Below are positions 31,377 to 42,650 of a DNA stretch of 64,000 nt, piece after piece; the stretch's first letter is position 1, and each line of letters opens with the position of its first letter. This DNA is from Candidatus Thermosaccharophagus tengchongensis. Lineage in GTDB: Bacteria; Armatimonadota; Fervidibacteria; Fervidibacterales; Thermosaccharophagaceae. Both the position numbers and the translations under genes were made by a program. The notes beneath the pieces were generated by a model. It was given only the letters and a program-made list of their open reading frames with translations, made no database searches and was not told the origin of the DNA. Location: assembly GCA_032161105.1 (NCBI GenBank), contig JAVHTD010000012.1. One strand, 5' to 3'.

Positions 31377-32477
31377 TTGACGCACTCGCAATTGGAGATA
31401 AAATTGCGAAATGATGGCGTGCGGCGAGCTTCAGCCACAGGGGTGATGCCGATGATGAGATGGCTCTCAGATGGGAAAGTGAGGTTGTTAGCGCTATGCA
31501 CATTGCTCTGGGTGTTTGCATCGGCTGCAGTCATTAAGTCATTTAGCGCGTTCTGTTATGCCCAAGGGGAAAAGAAGCCCCGTTTGCCAGAGGTGCAACT
31601 TGCTGGTATAAGGCTTGGTTCACTTGCTATTGAGCGTGATGAGGATGGTCACCTGTCACCATCTTGTTTGCTCCGTGTGTGGGGAGTGCCAGATTATGTT
31701 ATCGCTCAAGTGCCACCGATGTTTGCACCGACTGCGGCACCTGCAGCTCCAGTTCCCGGTGCAGAAGGGGCAGCTCCCGGTGCAATGCCTGGTGCAATGC
31801 CAGGCGCTATGCCGGGTATGCCTTATGCTCCCGGTGCACCTGGAATGATGGGTGGAGCGCCTGCCGGTCCAATACAACCATTTGCTGGTGGCACTACAGT
31901 GATTCAGGCTCCGGGAGTGCTTGCGCAAACGATGCCGCCGTTGATGACAAGCGTCACTGCACCAGGCGCTGCCGGTGTTTTTGGCGGTCCGCCTGAAGGC
32001 GCAGCTATACCGGGTGCTGCTCCCGGCATACCCGGTGCACCTGGCGCTCCTGGCGCACCTGCTCCGGGTGCACCCGCAGCCCCTGCAATAGCTCCCGAGC
32101 TTTCTTGGGCGTTACCGGTTATTGTCCCACTGCGTGGCAATCAATGTTTGTGGGTATACAGGCGCGGCGACGCGACTCTCGGTTTCATCATAGACGGTGA
32201 TGGAGCTGTTGTCGGAATAATCGTGGCCGGGGAGAAATTTGACGCTGCAAGGACAGCTCTTGGAAACCCGTTTAAGACGATCATGCTTGGCGATTCACTC
32301 CAACGAGTCTTGTCGCGCTATGGCTGGCCGGACGAGATTCGTTCGGCGAGCGGAAATATGCTCAGCAGGGATGTTGAACTGCGCTACCATCGGAGCAGCA
32401 ACATTGTCTTCACGCTTCACGATTATCGCGTCACGCGCATCTTCATCTTCATCCCGGAGCGAGCCGGATTGGATTAA
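31377..32477 (+). CDS. Secreted hypothetical protein with Pro/Gly/Ala/Met-rich insert
   Basis: Hydrophobic N-terminus, PGAM/PGA repeats, globular flanks; start uncertain. Confidence 0.7.
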   Translation: MTHSQLEIKLRNDGVRRASATGVMPMMRWLSDGKVRLLALCTLLWVFASAAVIKSFSAFCYAQGEKKPRLPEVQLAGIRLGSLAIERDEDGHLSPSCLLRVWGVPDYVIAQVPPMFAPTAAPAAPVPGAEGAAPGAMPGAMPGAMPGMPYAPGAPGMMGGAPAGPIQPFAGGTTVIQAPGVLAQTMPPLMTSVTAPGAAGVFGGPPEGAAIPGAAPGIPGAPGAPGAPAPGAPAAPAIAPELSWALPVIVPLRGNQCLWVYRRGDATLGFIIDGDGAVVGIIVAGEKFDAARTALGNPFKTIMLGDSLQRVLSRYGWPDEIRSASGNMLSRDVELRYHRSSNIVFTLHDYRVTRIFIFIPERAGLD

Positions 32478-32506
32478 ACTCCTCGTGCAACGGGGAGATA
32501 AGGATA

Positions 32507-34312
32507 ATGGACGTAGAGCTGATCAGAGAGGTAAGGGAGAAAAACGACATTGTTGAAGTGGTTTCGTCGTATGTGTCATTAAAGCGCGTCGGAAAAAACT
32601 ATGTAGCACTCTGCCCCTTCCATCAGGAGAAGACCCCCTCGTTCACGGTCAGCCCGGATAAGCAACTATGGCATTGCTTTGGTTGTGGGCTTGGTGGCGA
32701 TGTGTTTAGTTTTGTGCAGCGCATTGAGGGCATCTCGTTTGGTGAGGCGTTGAAGAAACTCGCTGAGCGTGTCGGGATAAGAGTTGAGAGGGTGAGCAGG
32801 CAGGAGGCTTCACTTCGGGCAAGGTTGATTGAGATAAACAAGCTCGCAATGGATTTCTATGAGCGCACCTTATGGTCGGATGCGGGGAAGGTTGCGAGGG
32901 ATTACTTGAAGCGTAGGGGAGTAAGCGAAGAGATTGCAAGGCGCTTCCACTTAGGTTATGCTCCAGGGGAGTGGGAGGCGCTGGCAAGTTATCTGAGGGC
33001 TCGTTCTGTATCGCTGGAGGAAGCTGTTGGAGCTGGTTTGCTTGTTCGTGCTGAGACTGGAGATAGGTATTATGACCGCTTCCGCGACAGGCTCATGTTT
33101 CCCATCATATCGGTGAGTGGCGATGTTGTAGGGTTTGGTGGGAGAGCTTTGGGTGACAACCCCGCAAAGTATATCAACACACCTGAGACTGCGGTATTTC
33201 GGAAGCGCGACACGCTTTATGGTTTGAACTTCGCCAGGGTTGCCATTCAGCAGAGCAATGCAGCCATCGTTGTTGAGGGTTACATGGATGTGATAGCGCT
33301 GCATCAGTTTGGTTTTCAAAATGCGGTTGCGACGATGGGGACTGCCCTGACACCGCAAATGCTCTCACAGCTGCGCAGGTATGCCCGCCGCATCCATCTC
33401 GCCTTTGATGCCGATTCAGCCGGCATGAATGCGATGCTTCGCTCATCGGCTCTCTTCCGCCAAGAGGGGGTTGAAGTGACAGTGGTGGCGATGCCGGAGG
33501 GGATGGATCCCGATGAGTATGTGAGGCGGAAGGGAGCCGAAGCTTTTAAAGCGTTGGTTGAGAGGAGCTTGAAGATGTTAGACTACAAGATTGAGCGTTT
33601 CCTTTCATCGGACGAGGGCTCAAAGCCGACCTCTCAGGCATTGCGCCATCTTATCGCAATCCTGAGGGAGGTGGATGACCCGCTCGAGAGAGAGGGGGCA
33701 ATGCAGCGTGTGGCAAGGTTCTGGTCAAGAGGGGATGGTGAGCGGGTCATCCATTTCCTTGAAGCCATAAGGAGTGCGTGGAGGAAACACGAGGTGGCAT
33801 CATCAGCGCCGTCAGCCCGTCCCCGTGTGGACGATACGATTGAGCGCTCGTTGCTTGAGAGCTCAAGGGCACCGTTGCCAAAAGGTGTGGAGCAGGCTGA
33901 GAGGGAACTCATTTCAGCAATGCTCCAGGATGAGTTTGCGGCTCGCAGGATAATTGAGCTGTTGCCCCCGGATGAGTTCATCCTTCCATCGCACAATCAA
34001 ATTGCGCGCATTGTTGCAGCGTGCATTGAGGGTGACGAATTCCACAAGCTCCCGCAATACATATCTGAGCTGCTGGATGAACAGCTTCGTTCCGAAGCCT
34101 GCGGTCTGATGATGGCCGATTTGAGCTTTATGAGTGTTGAGGGCGCGATTGAATCGCGAGTTGAGACTATAAGGCGCTACAAGATCAAGCAGCAATCAAA
34201 GCGGATGCGCGAGCGGCTGTTGAAGATGGCGGAAAGCGGTGTCATTAACAGTTCGTCACCCGAGGTTGCGCAGTTGCTTGAGCTTGAAAGGCAGTTGCGC
34301 GGGAAACGCTGA
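32507..34312 (+). CDS. dnaG: DNA primase
   Basis: CPFHQEKTPSF..CFGC zinc finger, GFGGR, KYINTPET, VEGYMD, FDADSAG, DPD. Confidence 0.97.
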   Translation: MDVELIREVREKNDIVEVVSSYVSLKRVGKNYVALCPFHQEKTPSFTVSPDKQLWHCFGCGLGGDVFSFVQRIEGISFGEALKKLAERVGIRVERVSRQEASLRARLIEINKLAMDFYERTLWSDAGKVARDYLKRRGVSEEIARRFHLGYAPGEWEALASYLRARSVSLEEAVGAGLLVRAETGDRYYDRFRDRLMFPIISVSGDVVGFGGRALGDNPAKYINTPETAVFRKRDTLYGLNFARVAIQQSNAAIVVEGYMDVIALHQFGFQNAVATMGTALTPQMLSQLRRYARRIHLAFDADSAGMNAMLRSSALFRQEGVEVTVVAMPEGMDPDEYVRRKGAEAFKALVERSLKMLDYKIERFLSSDEGSKPTSQALRHLIAILREVDDPLEREGAMQRVARFWSRGDGERVIHFLEAIRSAWRKHEVASSAPSARPRVDDTIERSLLESSRAPLPKGVEQAERELISAMLQDEFAARRIIELLPPDEFILPSHNQIARIVAACIEGDEFHKLPQYISELLDEQLRSEACGLMMADLSFMSVEGAIESRVETIRRYKIKQQSKRMRERLLKMAESGVINSSSPEVAQLLELERQLRGKR

Positions 34313-34418
34313 TGATAAATGAACAGCTCACAAAACCTTGAAGCCCGGATAAAAGGTCTACACATTGATTTGACAAGGTGCACAAGGAAGCCCTTCTCGC
34401 TCCTCTTGGGGCAAAGGG

Positions 34419-35411
34419 GTGAGCTGCATGGATTGGGACGAGCAAGTTGAGAAGCATCGCGAACTTGATGAACATCCGGGGGAGCTTCTTGATGGCGACG
34501 GGGCTGCGCTCGGCGATGTTGCATGTGATGACGATATGGAGTTTCAAGATGGCGAAGGCATTATGGATGCTGACGAGGCTGTGAGTGACCCGTTGGAGGC
34601 ATACATGCGCGTTGTTTCGCAAACACCTCTTCTGACTCCTGAGGAGGAAGTGGAGTTATCAAAGCGCTTGAGCAAGGGCGACTTGGAAGCGCGCCAAAAG
34701 ATGGTGGAAGCCAACCTGCGTTTGGTAGTCCACATAGCGAAGCAATTTGCCTCTCAAACTTCGCTCCCGCTTGCGGACATAATCCAAGAGGGTAACTTGG
34801 GATTGATGCGAGCAGTTGATAAGTTTGATTGGAGGCGTGGATACCGATTTGCAACATATGCCACTTGGTGGATAAGGCAGTCCATTAAGCGCGCCATAGC
34901 GGAACAAAGTAGGAGCGTCAAGTTGCCATTGAGCATCATCAACTTAGTCAGCAGGATAACGGCTGTGGCTCGCAGGTTGACGCAGAAGTTGGGGCGTCAG
35001 CCAACAATTGAAGAGTTGGCTGAGGCGTGTAGGATCCCGAGCAAGAGGCTTATGGATGTGATGTGCTTGATTCTGCGACCACTCTCACTTGACACGCAAG
35101 TTGAAGATAACGCCGAGATGACATTGGGCGAGTTGATAAGCGATGATGCACCTTCACCTGAGGAAGTGGCATATCAAAATGCCATGAGGGAGCACCTTAG
35201 GGATTTGCTCTCCATACTCAGCGAGCGGGAAAGGGACATCCTCAGCCTGCGCTACGGTCTTCTTGACGGCAAGGAGAGGTCGTTGGGCGAGGTTAGCAGA
35301 GTGCTCAAGATGTCAAGGGAAGCGGTGCGTCAGACGGAGCGAAAAATATTTGAGAAGCTGAGGAGCTCACTGCTGAGCAAATACCTTCGCGACTACTTGG
35401 AGGCATCTTGA
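34419..35411 (+). CDS. RNA polymerase sigma factor, RpoD/RpoS family (divergent)
   Basis: EANLRLVV, DIIQEGNLGL, FATYATWWIRQ, region 4 SREAVRQTE. Confidence 0.9.
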   Translation: MSCMDWDEQVEKHRELDEHPGELLDGDGAALGDVACDDDMEFQDGEGIMDADEAVSDPLEAYMRVVSQTPLLTPEEEVELSKRLSKGDLEARQKMVEANLRLVVHIAKQFASQTSLPLADIIQEGNLGLMRAVDKFDWRRGYRFATYATWWIRQSIKRAIAEQSRSVKLPLSIINLVSRITAVARRLTQKLGRQPTIEELAEACRIPSKRLMDVMCLILRPLSLDTQVEDNAEMTLGELISDDAPSPEEVAYQNAMREHLRDLLSILSERERDILSLRYGLLDGKERSLGEVSRVLKMSREAVRQTERKIFEKLRSSLLSKYLRDYLEAS

Positions 35412-35431
35412 TGAGGTTGAACGGGTGTGAG

Positions 35432-35472
35432 GGGAGGGGTGCTGTAACCCGAAGCTATAACGCACCCCTCCC
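35432..35472. terminator. Hairpin between convergent sigma and groL genes
   Basis: GGGAGGGGTGC...GCACCCCTCCC 11-bp perfect stem; no clear U-tract. Confidence 0.55.
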
Positions 35473-35487
35473 GGTGCGGTGTCTCAG

Positions 35488-37122
<1,635 letters not shown>

Positions 37123-37177
37123 TTAGGATCACCTCCGAGCGATTGTGTTGTTCATCTGAGCCTTTGTTTGGTGTTTT

Positions 37178-37471
37178 TCATTCTCCCTCTTTGATGGCGA
37201 GGATGGAGTCTTCGTCAACGATGATGTAATCCTCGCCACCGATCCGTATTTCGGTGCCAGCATATTTTGAGAAGATAACGACATCGTTGACTTTGACGCC
37301 CACAGGGCGGCGTTCACCGTTGTCAAGCAGCTTCCCCTCACCGACGGCTACAACTATGCCCTCCTGCGGCTTCTCCTTAGCGGTATCCGGAAGGATAATT
37401 CCTCCCGCCGTCTTCTCCTCCTGCTCAAGCGGCTTGATCAGGACTTTATCACCAAGCGGACGCACCTTCAT
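37178..37471 (-). CDS. groS: Co-chaperonin GroES
   Basis: [32 protein letters not shown]. Confidence 0.98.
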   Translation of the reverse strand: MKVRPLGDKVLIKPLEQEEKTAGGIILPDTAKEKPQEGIVVAVGEGKLLDNGERRPVGVKVNDVVIFSKYAGTEIRIGGEDYIIVDEDSILAIKEGE

Positions 37472-37564
37472 CGCCCACACCCCGCTTCCCTGGATTTCCC
37501 GCAAGGCTATCCTCCCACCACATGGAGGTTGTGATTTTAGAGAGCGCATCTCCCACTGACGGTA

Positions 37565-37591
37565 TTAGCACTCGAAGGGAAGGAGTGCTAA
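37565..37591. promoter_or_regulatory. CIRCE element (HrcA operator)
   Basis: Exact TTAGCACTC-N9-GAGTGCTAA upstream of groS; minus-strand TATAAT at 37604-37609. Confidence 0.97.
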
Positions 37592-37642
37592 TACCACTTC
37601 ATCATTATAACGCGCTCCCGATGGCGAAATGCGGATTTCAAA

Positions 37643-37957
37643 TCATCCCCGCATCGGACACATGCACGGTGAGCTGCCGCATTTCGGACAACCGTTGAGA
37701 TAGCGCTTGGCGGCTTTTTCCATATCCACATTTACCAAGGTTGCCAAGCTCACAAGCCATGCAAGCACATCTGCAAATTCCTCCTCCAACTCCATCAGCT
37801 CACCACGCTTTATCGCCCGCGCTAACTCTCCAACCTCTTCAACGAACCAGAGGAATGTTCCCTCAACCCCCCTTTGTCTATCCCTCGCAACATATGCATC
37901 CGCTATAAGCCTCTGGAACTCGCCTATGCTCAATTCCTCTTTGTCCTCCTTCCGCAT
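37643..37957 (-). CDS. MazG-like nucleotide pyrophosphohydrolase
   Basis: EEVGELA..EEEFADVLAW; C-terminal CPKC..PC.C. Confidence 0.85.
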   Translation of the reverse strand: MRKEDKEELSIGEFQRLIADAYVARDRQRGVEGTFLWFVEEVGELARAIKRGELMELEEEFADVLAWLVSLATLVNVDMEKAAKRYLNGCPKCGSSPCMCPMRG

Positions 37958-38421
37958 CCCCTTTGACCCCCTTGGAACGCCTTTGCGAGCTCCTCAGAGC
38001 GCCTCTTTATCGCGGCGACTTCGCTTCTCATCCTCGCTTCAGCTTCACCGCTTTGCAGCATTAGCATCCCAAACATCTTCACCATCCCTGTGGCACGAAT
38101 GATTGCGCCGTGCCTGAGCAATGTCCCATCACCCTGCGGTTCAAGTTCAAACCAACCGATGGCTGATTTGAACGGACCCGAAAGCTGTTTAACCTCCATG
38201 TATGATGGCGGTTCAAATGTAAACTTTGACCGAACCCACTTCAGGAAGCCAAACATGTCCTCAAGTATGTCAGCAATGAGCTCATTGCCATCGTCTGAGC
38301 GCTGCACAACATGCAGCTCCTTCACATATGCAAACATGTTCGGGTAGTTCTCCACATCCCTGAGCACACCGAAGACAACCTCAATTGGCGCCTCAATGAA
38401 TGTGCTCACAATCAGTTCCAT
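37930..38421 (-). CDS. SRPBCC/START (RatA/cyclase-like) protein
   Basis: IEAPIEVVF..DVENYP, GPFKS..GW. Confidence 0.78.
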   Translation of the reverse strand: MELIVSTFIEAPIEVVFGVLRDVENYPNMFAYVKELHVVQRSDDGNELIADILEDMFGFLKWVRSKFTFEPPSYMEVKQLSGPFKSAIGWFELEPQGDGTLLRHGAIIRATGMVKMFGMLMLQSGEAEARMRSEVAAIKRRSEELAKAFQGGQRGCGRRTKRN

Positions 38422-38611
38422 GAGATCCTACTCCCCACCTTCAAGGGATATGTTCAGTTGCATTAAGTGCCATGAGCGATGAGCACAATAGCACATCACC
38501 TTCCACGCAAACTGCAGGGCGATATTCCTTTGCGTCAAACCGGAGAGAGTGCTTCCTCTAACGCCCGTCTTTCACTGCTCAATTTGCCAACCTCAGTAGT
38601 TGCTACGCGTG

Positions 38612-39394
38612 CTAAATTCGCCCCGCCTCTTTGTCCCAAGCTATCAGTATGCGCAGACCTGCAATTGCGACTTTGATGAGGGTGCTCACATCCTCAATGA
38701 TCTTGAACTCGCCCGTCCGTTTTGAATGCTCAACATTGGCAGCTGCAAGGAGCACACATCCAGCCCTCGCACCGAGAATGGACGAGACGATAAACAGAGC
38801 TGCTGCTTCCATCTCCGATGCAACGGCACCGCCTTTCACCCACGCTTCCCAGCGCTTCATCAACCTCTCATGAACTGGCATGCGCTCTGGCTCAACCTCA
38901 CCATAGAATGAGTCCTTGGAGTGGACTATGCCAACATGGTAGTGCACACCACACCTCTTTGCACCCTCAATCAAAGCCTGTGTTACAGTTATGTCCGCCA
39001 CTGCCGGAAACTCAATTGGCATGTAATGCAATGTTGTGCCCTCGTCTCTTATCGCTGCAGTGCCGATGATTATATCGCCGGGCGCAATATGTTCTTGCAT
39101 GGCGCCGGAAGTCCCAACTCGTATGAAGGTATCGCACCCGAGCGCCCTTAGCTCCTCAACAGCTATAGCGGTTGATGGACAACCTATCCCAGTTGAGGTG
39201 ACTGAGACGGTGACGCCGTCAAGCTTTCCCGTGAAGGTCACATATTCGCGGTGCTCCGCAACTTTGATAGCGTCATCAAAGTGAGAGGCGATAAGCTCGC
39301 ACCTTCCCGGATCGCCCGGCATCAGGACATACCTTCCCACTTCGCCACTGCGGCAGCGCACATGATAAACTCTATCGCCAACGAAAACAGCCAT
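38612..39394 (-). CDS. udp: Uridine phosphorylase
   Basis: PGDPGR, HREY, STGIGCPS, RVGTSG, RDEGT, EMEAA. Confidence 0.92.
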   Translation of the reverse strand: MAVFVGDRVYHVRCRSGEVGRYVLMPGDPGRCELIASHFDDAIKVAEHREYVTFTGKLDGVTVSVTSTGIGCPSTAIAVEELRALGCDTFIRVGTSGAMQEHIAPGDIIIGTAAIRDEGTTLHYMPIEFPAVADITVTQALIEGAKRCGVHYHVGIVHSKDSFYGEVEPERMPVHERLMKRWEAWVKGGAVASEMEAAALFIVSSILGARAGCVLLAAANVEHSKRTGEFKIIEDVSTLIKVAIAGLRILIAWDKEAGRI

Positions 39395-39447
39395 AACTTT
39401 TCGCCTCGCATCAATCCCAGCTCAGCAGGATGCACTTTTGCGATGAT

Positions 39448-40383
39448 TCATGTGGAGTGGAGCTTTGAATGTTTTCCTCTGAGCATCGGGAAGGCATGTA
39501 ACAACCAAGGGAGTAGAGCATCAAGGGATTCATTCACAGCCCTCTCACTTCCGGGGAGATTGACGATGATGGTAGAACCCCTCACACCAACTTTTGCGCG
39601 AGAGAGAGCAGCAAGCGGGGTCCTTTCTCCGCCATATGAGCGCATCGCCTCTGCAACTCCTTCAAGCTCCCTCTCAATCACCCTTGCAGTTGCCTCGGGC
39701 GTTTTATCCCTTGGACCTATTCCCGTGCCGCCAGTCGTGAAAACGATGTCAAGCTCCTCGTGGTCACACAGGCGAATTAGCTCACTGACTATGCGCTCTT
39801 CGTCATCCGGGAGCACCGAATAGTGCACAACATTTATCCCCAGCTCCGAGAGCCTGTTCACGATGGCTATGCCTGATGCATCCGTCCTCCTCCCGCAATA
39901 TACGCTGTCCGAAATGACTATGACGCCAGAGCGCAGTTCTCCTTCCGGCTGTTCGGTGAACTCGCTCATCCCACCACGCTTGCTGAGCAACCTAACTGAG
40001 CAAATCTCAACATCGGATTCAACTGACTTGAGCATATCGTAGAGTGTGAGAGCTGCGACAGATGCAGCCACCATTGCCTCCATTTCAACGCCAGTTCGGT
40101 CTATGGCAGAGGCGGTTGCAACCACTCTTATTCCGTTTCCATCACCGGTTGGCTCAAGCGAGACATCAATGTGCGTGAGCCTCACCTGATGGCAGTATGG
40201 TATGAGCATGCTCGTCATCTTCGTCGCCTGATTGGCGCTCTCCTTGGCGACCGTGATAGCCTCCCCTTTCGGGAGCTTGCCGGAGATTGCCATCTCAACG
40301 GCTTTCTTTGGCGCTTTCACAATTGCCTCAGCAGTTGAGGTGCGAAGCGTTTTGATCTTCCTTGAGATGTCAACCATGCCCAT
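39448..40383 (-). CDS. moaCB: Bifunctional MoaC/MoaB(Mog) molybdenum cofactor protein
   Basis: MVDIS.K, LIPYCH, TGVEMEA, YDMLK; then TTGGTG, NLPGS. Confidence 0.9.
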   Translation of the reverse strand: MGMVDISRKIKTLRTSTAEAIVKAPKKAVEMAISGKLPKGEAITVAKESANQATKMTSMLIPYCHQVRLTHIDVSLEPTGDGNGIRVVATASAIDRTGVEMEAMVAASVAALTLYDMLKSVESDVEICSVRLLSKRGGMSEFTEQPEGELRSGVIVISDSVYCGRRTDASGIAIVNRLSELGINVVHYSVLPDDEERIVSELIRLCDHEELDIVFTTGGTGIGPRDKTPEATARVIERELEGVAEAMRSYGGERTPLAALSRAKVGVRGSTIIVNLPGSERAVNESLDALLPWLLHAFPMLRGKHSKLHST

Positions 40384-40468
40384 TTCTCATCACCGTCACA
40401 GATCAGCACCGATGCAATCAATTTCATCGTTATGCAGCGGGGTGACTTCGCCCGTTAAATTGAATGGA

Positions 40469-40864
40469 TCAAGCCGAAGTCGCTTGGCAACCCTCTGGTG
40501 GTCCGATAAGTTCCCTAACTTTGGAGCGCAGCACCTTTGGACTTATCGGTTTTGTCAAATACATCTCAACACCAAGCTCAGCGCTGACTCGCCTCCCCAA
40601 TGTTGTATCAACAGCCGTCAATATGATGATGGGCACACTCCTCATCGGTTCTTCAAGTTGCCTTATAAGTCGGCAGGCTTGCAATCCATCCATTACAGGC
40701 ATGCGCACATCTAAAATGACCAAATCCGGCTTTTCGCCCATGACTAAGTCAACTGCTTCCTTACCGTTCTCTGCCTCAATTACCTCATAGCCCTCGCTCT
40801 GCAGCATTTGCTTTATGACCTGACGCACCACTGGCTCATCATCCGCCACAACTATCTTCTTCAC
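40469..40864 (-). CDS. Single-domain response regulator
   Basis: VVADDE, ILDVRMPVMDG, LTA, YLTKP. Confidence 0.92.
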   Translation of the reverse strand: MKKIVVADDEPVVRQVIKQMLQSEGYEVIEAENGKEAVDLVMGEKPDLVILDVRMPVMDGLQACRLIRQLEEPMRSVPIIILTAVDTTLGRRVSAELGVEMYLTKPISPKVLRSKVRELIGPPEGCQATSA

Positions 40865-41042
40865 TTGCTCACACCTCGCAGTTGTTCGCTTTGCTATGGT
40901 TCGGAGAGTTATATGCTATTTTGCAGCGTTAAATTGGTCCTATCCGCTTAGGGCTACCTTATGGGGTAAGTTTGCCTCAATCTCCACTGTTAAGCGCCAT
41001 AGCGTAAATGCATTCCGATTTCGGTGCCTGCGAAGGCGCTCA

Positions 41043-42608
41043 TCAGCTTTTGCTCCCTTTTGAGCGCATCATGTAAACGAATGCCCTTGCGAGTTCCGGA
41101 TCAAGCTGTGTCCCAGCCACATGCAGGATAACTTCAAGCGCTGTCTCAATGCTCATTGCCCTCCTGTATGCCCTGTCGGATGTAATGGCGTCAAATACAT
41201 CCACAACCGAAATGATGCGAGCCATCAACGGTATCTCTTCGCCCTTAAGTCCATCAGGGTAACCCTTGCCATCCCAACGCTCGTGGTGATGGCGCACCGG
41301 CGTTCGTATATCCCATGGGAATGGGACAGGCTCAATGATGAGCGAGCTGATTACCGGGTGCACCTTTATCCGCTCATATTCCTCTTCCGACAGCCTGCCC
41401 GGCTTGAGCAGGATGTAGTCTGGTATGCCTATCTTGCCGACATCGTGTAGGAGACCAGCCATTTGGATTGCCTCGGTGTCAGCGCTCCCCAATTCAAGCA
41501 CCTTGCTAAACTGCATAGCATACTCGGAGACCTTTTCCGAGTGCCCTTTCGTGTATGGATCTCGTGCCTCTATCGCTTGGACGAGAGCCATTATAGCCCC
41601 CAGGTAGCTCCTTCGCACTTGGTCATGTAGTTTTGCATTCGCTATTGCTGCTGCCGCTTGTGCGCACAACACGGAGAGCATCCCAAGCTCACTCTCTCCA
41701 AATACGGTGCTACCTTCAACGCTGTTGACATTCAAAACCCCAACGAGTTTGCCCTCGAATATCATCGGGAAGGAAATGGACGAAATTATCTCCTTGCGCT
41801 TAAGCATTGATAGCACCTGTGGCTCCGGTTTCACATTCGGAGAGATGATAATTGGCTTTTGTTGCCTTGCAACCAATCCGGCAATGCCTTCGTTCACTGA
41901 CTGCCTCCTTCCAATCAGTTCCTTTGACAGACCATGCACGGCAGCGATGACCAATTCGCCGCTTGCCTCATCATACAACATTACAGAACCGCTGCTGGCA
42001 TGCAATTCGTTCACAACGAGTTCAAGGGTGAGTGAGAGAAGTTCTTCTAAGTCAAGCGTTGATGTTATCGCTTGGCTGAGACGATACGCCGATAACAACG
42101 ATTGCAGTTTGCTCACATCCTCGCGCAACTCCGACCTTTCAAGCGCTTTGGTGACTACCGCGTAAAATTCCTCCGGGGAGAATTCGCCATAGACCAACCC
42201 ATCACACCCAGCTTGAAGCGCCTTGTTCAAGAGATCATGTGAAGCCTGCTTTATCATGAGGATGCATGTCACAAATGGGTTGCGCTCCTTAGCCATTTGA
42301 AACAGTTCTAACGGGGCGTCGCTTGATAGCACATTTCCTACGATGAGGAGTTTGGGCTTTTGAGTCTCCAACTGGTCTCTTGCCTCCCCATAAGTTACGC
42401 ATCTGCATATGCAAAAGCCGAGTCCAGAAAGCACCCACTCGCATGCCTGCGCAATTCCATCCTCACTCTCAACTATGATCGCCAGTTGACGCTGGTGTGC
42501 CTTATCTGTTTCCTTCATGCACGCCTGTGCGCCCTTCACGATGCGAGTGGATGCCATTTTGCAGCTCTCCCTTGCATTTGCTTTCATACACCATTGAGCA
42601 TATACCAC
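41043..42608 (-). CDS. REC-like/GAF/HD-GYP cyclic dinucleotide phosphodiesterase
   Basis: RDPYTKGHS, LHDVGKIG, HHERWDGKGYP; GAF; start likely 42518. Confidence 0.9.
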   Translation of the reverse strand: MVYAQWCMKANARESCKMASTRIVKGAQACMKETDKAHQRQLAIIVESEDGIAQACEWVLSGLGFCICRCVTYGEARDQLETQKPKLLIVGNVLSSDAPLELFQMAKERNPFVTCILMIKQASHDLLNKALQAGCDGLVYGEFSPEEFYAVVTKALERSELREDVSKLQSLLSAYRLSQAITSTLDLEELLSLTLELVVNELHASSGSVMLYDEASGELVIAAVHGLSKELIGRRQSVNEGIAGLVARQQKPIIISPNVKPEPQVLSMLKRKEIISSISFPMIFEGKLVGVLNVNSVEGSTVFGESELGMLSVLCAQAAAAIANAKLHDQVRRSYLGAIMALVQAIEARDPYTKGHSEKVSEYAMQFSKVLELGSADTEAIQMAGLLHDVGKIGIPDYILLKPGRLSEEEYERIKVHPVISSLIIEPVPFPWDIRTPVRHHHERWDGKGYPDGLKGEEIPLMARIISVVDVFDAITSDRAYRRAMSIETALEVILHVAGTQLDPELARAFVYMMRSKGSKS

Positions 42609-42650
42609 ATAGCGCCGGCAACCTTAAGACCAAAGCAAGTCAACAAGGAT

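Noticed and set aside
31770..32090. Short direct repeats as a CRISPR-like array
   Set aside because: In-frame coding repeats of Pro-Gly-Ala with no spacers or cas genes
40940..40985. Minus-strand GGCAAAC plus small hairpin after the HD-GYP gene, suggesting a c-di-GMP-I riboswitch
   Set aside because: No GAAA tetraloop, GCAAAG junction or P2 stem
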